This document shows, one piece after another, positions 61,212 to 64,000 of a stretch of 64,000 nucleotides of DNA. The stretch comes from an uncultured Acidobacteriota bacterium. Lineage in GTDB: Bacteria > Acidobacteriota > Terriglobia > UBA7540. The first letter of the stretch is position 1; each line of letters opens with the position of its first letter. Below the pieces are notes generated by a model. It did no database searches, had not been told where the DNA came from, and saw only the letters and a list, made by a program, of their open reading frames with translations. The DNA lies in NCBI GenBank assembly GCA_963804995.1, contig CAWDSK010000002.1, positions 512,001 through 576,000 of the forward strand, given 5' to 3'. The position numbers were made by a program, and so were the translations under genes.

Positions 61212-62606
61212 TTAAGAGATCACCAGAGCCTGATACACCTTGCTGATGGCGGCAACGATGTCATCCAGATCGCGGTCGGTATACTTGGGGCCCACCGTCA
61301 ACGTAGCAGTGCGGTTGAAGATATCCATGGTGCGCGGAACGCTCTCTGCGCCATAACGCATTTCCTTGCCGCGCGGTGAATTGAATGACGGCCACATCGG
61401 ATGGGGGACGGCTTTGTTGGCAATGGGGGGTTGGGCTGGCAGGACCACCGCCGCGCTGGGCCGCTCCATGGGAACCATCTCCGCTTTCATGGCTTTCAGG
61501 AATTGGTCCCGCAGCTCCTGGCTCGACAGGATCAAATCCACCGTCAAGTGGAGTTCGCCGTTCGGATCGTTGCTCCGCCGCATTTTGATTCCCGGTATGC
61601 GGCTCACCCGGTCAATGACAGACCCGCCCCGACGGCGCTGTTCGCCCAGGATGTAGTCGAGCTTCCGCATTTGGGCCAGCATGACGGCTCCCGTCATTTC
61701 GTTCATGCGATAGTTGACGCCCATGAAATAAGGCATGGCGCCTTTGCCGATCTGGGCCACGCTGGGCGGCCTCAGCAGGCCGAGATCATGGAACCGCACC
61801 GCGCGTTCATACAACAGCGGGTCGTTGGTAACTACCGCTCCGCCCTCGCCCGCGGTGATCATCTTGTGGAGCTGGAAGCTGAAGATTCCAATGTCGCCGA
61901 TGGTCGAAGTGCGCTTGCCTTTATACGAGCCGCCGGCGTTCTGCGCGGAGTCTTCCAACACCTTGATGTTGTGCCGGCGCGCCACCGCCATGATGGCGTC
62001 CATGTTGCAGGGCGATCCAAACAGGTGTACGACCATGATCGCCTTGGTTTGCGGAGTAATCTTTTTTTCTACATCCTCTGGGTCGATGGTGAAGGAATCG
62101 TCATCCTCCGCGAATACCGGCAGAGCACCGGTCATGAGGATGGCGTAGTAACAGGAATACCAGGTCCAAGCGGGAAGGATCACTTCATCGCCAGGGCCTA
62201 CACCCAGGGCCGTCAGGGCCACATGCAATGCCGCCGTCCCTGAGGTGATGCCGAGCACGTATTTGACATCCAGGAGTTTGGAAAATTCCTTTTCGAAAGT
62301 TGCCACTTTATTGGGCTGTGGTTGGCCCTCCGGGCCGTACCAGCGAAACAAACCATGCGTTGAAATCGCCTCGTCGGTCAGGTCCTGTTCGTGATTGTCG
62401 TAGAATTGAGATCCGGGGCACGAGGTGTTGAGAATCGAAGTGCGCACCGGTGTCCCCCCCTTCAAGGCCAGCGCCGGGTCAACCGGAGTTGCCGGATCCG
62501 ATACGGTTGCATGCGCGGTGCCCCGCAGCATGGGCACGGACGCGGCGACGGGAACAGAAGCGAGAAAAGTGCGACGACTTATCTTTCCGAAATCATTTGG
62601 TTTCAT
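61212..62606 (-). CDS. DegT/DnrJ/EryC1/StrS PLP aminotransferase with Tat signal
   Basis: ISRRTFLA; SGTAALH.AL.ALGVGPGDEVI, LEDSAQ, FSFQLHK..TAGEGG. Confidence 0.92.
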   Translation of the reverse strand: MKPNDFGKISRRTFLASVPVAASVPMLRGTAHATVSDPATPVDPALALKGGTPVRTSILNTSCPGSQFYDNHEQDLTDEAISTHGLFRWYGPEGQPQPNKVATFEKEFSKLLDVKYVLGITSGTAALHVALTALGVGPGDEVILPAWTWYSCYYAILMTGALPVFAEDDDSFTIDPEDVEKKITPQTKAIMVVHLFGSPCNMDAIMAVARRHNIKVLEDSAQNAGGSYKGKRTSTIGDIGIFSFQLHKMITAGEGGAVVTNDPLLYERAVRFHDLGLLRPPSVAQIGKGAMPYFMGVNYRMNEMTGAVMLAQMRKLDYILGEQRRRGGSVIDRVSRIPGIKMRRSNDPNGELHLTVDLILSSQELRDQFLKAMKAEMVPMERPSAAVVLPAQPPIANKAVPHPMWPSFNSPRGKEMRYGAESVPRTMDIFNRTATLTVGPKYTDRDLDDIVAAISKVYQALVIS

Positions 62607-63219
62607 AATGCTCCTCTCTTGCAGGCCATCGAATGCTCACCCCCGGGGCACACACCAGCGAATGAAACTCTGGGAGCACGCCTCCCGGTCCGGTGACCAA
62701 GTCACGCTCGCGCCTCCGTAAATCCAAACAATTCAACCGTGATGGGGGCCAACTGATTGTGCGTGATGCTGGTTCTCTGGGCGGCCAAACTTGGTGCAGC
62801 CTCGCCTTCCTGCTTACGCGACCTAAATCTAATACAGACATGCTGCCTTTACAATCAATCTTTCCACTTCTACGAAGTGGGCAACAGGATGCGGACAATT
62901 CCGCACTCCCTTGGGTCAGACGCAATTTCTTGACCTCTTTTCACATTAATAGTGCCAAAAGGTCAACCTTCAGGCTGAACCAAGACCCCGCCGACCTTTT
63001 GAAGGCTTTAGATTCGGCTTGTATTAACATTCTAAAGGAGTTGGACGTGCAAGCTGTTTTCAGCCTTTTAGCGACTTCGTACCTCTTAGAACTTTGATGT
63101 GACGTAAGTTGACATTCCTGACCGCACCGGCCAGCCCCAAACTTAGTTCTCAGGCAGAAGTATCGACCACTTCAGGGCACATTCTCACGGTCCCGAAGGT
63201 GAAATCAGTGTAAAGTGTG

Positions 63220-63237
63220 TGATAATTGTGATTATCA
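63220..63237. promoter_or_regulatory. Perfect operator-like inverted repeat TGATAAT-N4-ATTATCA
   Basis: Lies in the AT-rich divergent intergenic region, ~65 bp upstream of the ROK gene. Confidence 0.5.
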
Positions 63238-63302
63238 TTCAGGTTCTGGTGTGCGCGTTGGCAGTTGAGATTTGTCGTATCCAAAGCAAAAAAGGTTGAG
63301 GC

Positions 63303-64000
63303 ATGAGGAAATCCGAACTTGCCCGTCTCTTGAAGCTCATTTATTCCGAGGGCGAGATATCCCGTGTGGATTTGGCCCGAAAAACCAATCTAGTTCCCAG
63401 CTATGTTTCCTCCATGGTGCAACGCTTGCGCCAGAGGAAGTGGATTCTCGAGGGAGGTCGAGTTCCCTCCGGTCGCGGTCGGCGGAAAGTGCTTTTGCAC
63501 ATCAATCCCGACTTGGCGCATGTGATGGGGGTGGAATTCGGTCGGGTCAACACGCGCCTAGTGGTTTCAGATCTCCTGGGTAACGTCTTGAATTACCAGA
63601 AACTTCCGCTGGACGTTTCCCACGGTGAGCAGTTTGTATTGGATCACGTCCATCAGGAAATCAAGAACTGTTTCAAGCGCGACCCCAAGATTCAAGGCAT
63701 GGGCCTCGCCCATTCGGGATTCATTGACCGCGCCAGCGGGACGGTGCTTTTTTGGCCCAAGGTTTCTGGATGGCGGGACGTTCAACTGAAACGGATTTTC
63801 GCGGAGGAGTACGGCTTGACCACGGTGGTTGAAGACAGCGCGCGCACCACGGCCATCGCCGAACAACGTTTTGGTTTTGGGAAAGGGCAAAAAAACTTTG
63901 TCTTTGTGCACGCCGGAGTCGGCATCGGTGCGGCTATCTTTGTAGACGGGCGCCTTTACACCGGGCAGGATGGAATGGCCGGTGAATTGGGGCACACCAC
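63303..64000 (+). CDS. ROK family transcriptional repressor (NagC/XylR-like), runs off window
   Basis: Not in the ORF track. Manual translation gives MRKSELARLLKLIYSEGEISRVDLARKTNL (wHTH), GRGRR, GVEFG, G.GIGA, G..GMAGELGH. Confidence 0.9.
   Translation, partial: MRKSELARLLKLIYSEGEISRVDLARKTNLVPSYVSSMVQRLRQRKWILEGGRVPSGRGRRKVLLHINPDLAHVMGVEFGRVNTRLVVSDLLGNVLNYQKLPLDVSHGEQFVLDHVHQEIKNCFKRDPKIQGMGLAHSGFIDRASGTVLFWPKVSGWRDVQLKRIFAEEYGLTTVVEDSARTTAIAEQRFGFGKGQKNFVFVHAGVGIGAAIFVDGRLYTGQDGMAGELGHT

Overview
This is a GC-rich bacterial window, most likely Acidobacteriota (Terriglobia-like). That assignment is an inference from the Oar-type TonB receptor, the many Tat-exported sugar enzymes and the REP families. 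Bases 1-9.4 kb hold a minus-strand C1/corrinoid methyl-transfer operon behind a sigma54-type promoter: fhs, a cNMP-binding protein, a MetF-MetV fusion, an AcsE-like methyltransferase, a stand-alone homocysteine methyltransferase, DUF1638, a UroD/MtaA-family enzyme and a truncated RACo-type activator. A four-helix-bundle gene, an IS200-like HUH transposase and heptamer repeat arrays are interleaved with it. Next come GIDE+2xLemA, an unannotated 11-aa basic micro-ORF with its own RBS, terminator and tandem NrdR-like boxes, an FGE-domain protein and a 2.5-kb repeat-rich non-coding stretch. The rest is accessory catabolism (serine hydrolases, peptidase, nitrilase, TonB receptor, Tat-signal aminotransferases and epimerases, MFS/EamA/SulP transporters, ROK regulator) with several toxin-antitoxin loci, transposase remnants and many REP/REPIN elements. 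Six of the seven frameshifts lie at or next to GACGTC or CTCGAG, which suggests methylation-linked sequencing errors rather than pseudogenes. I recognised no rRNA, tRNA or CRISPR array.
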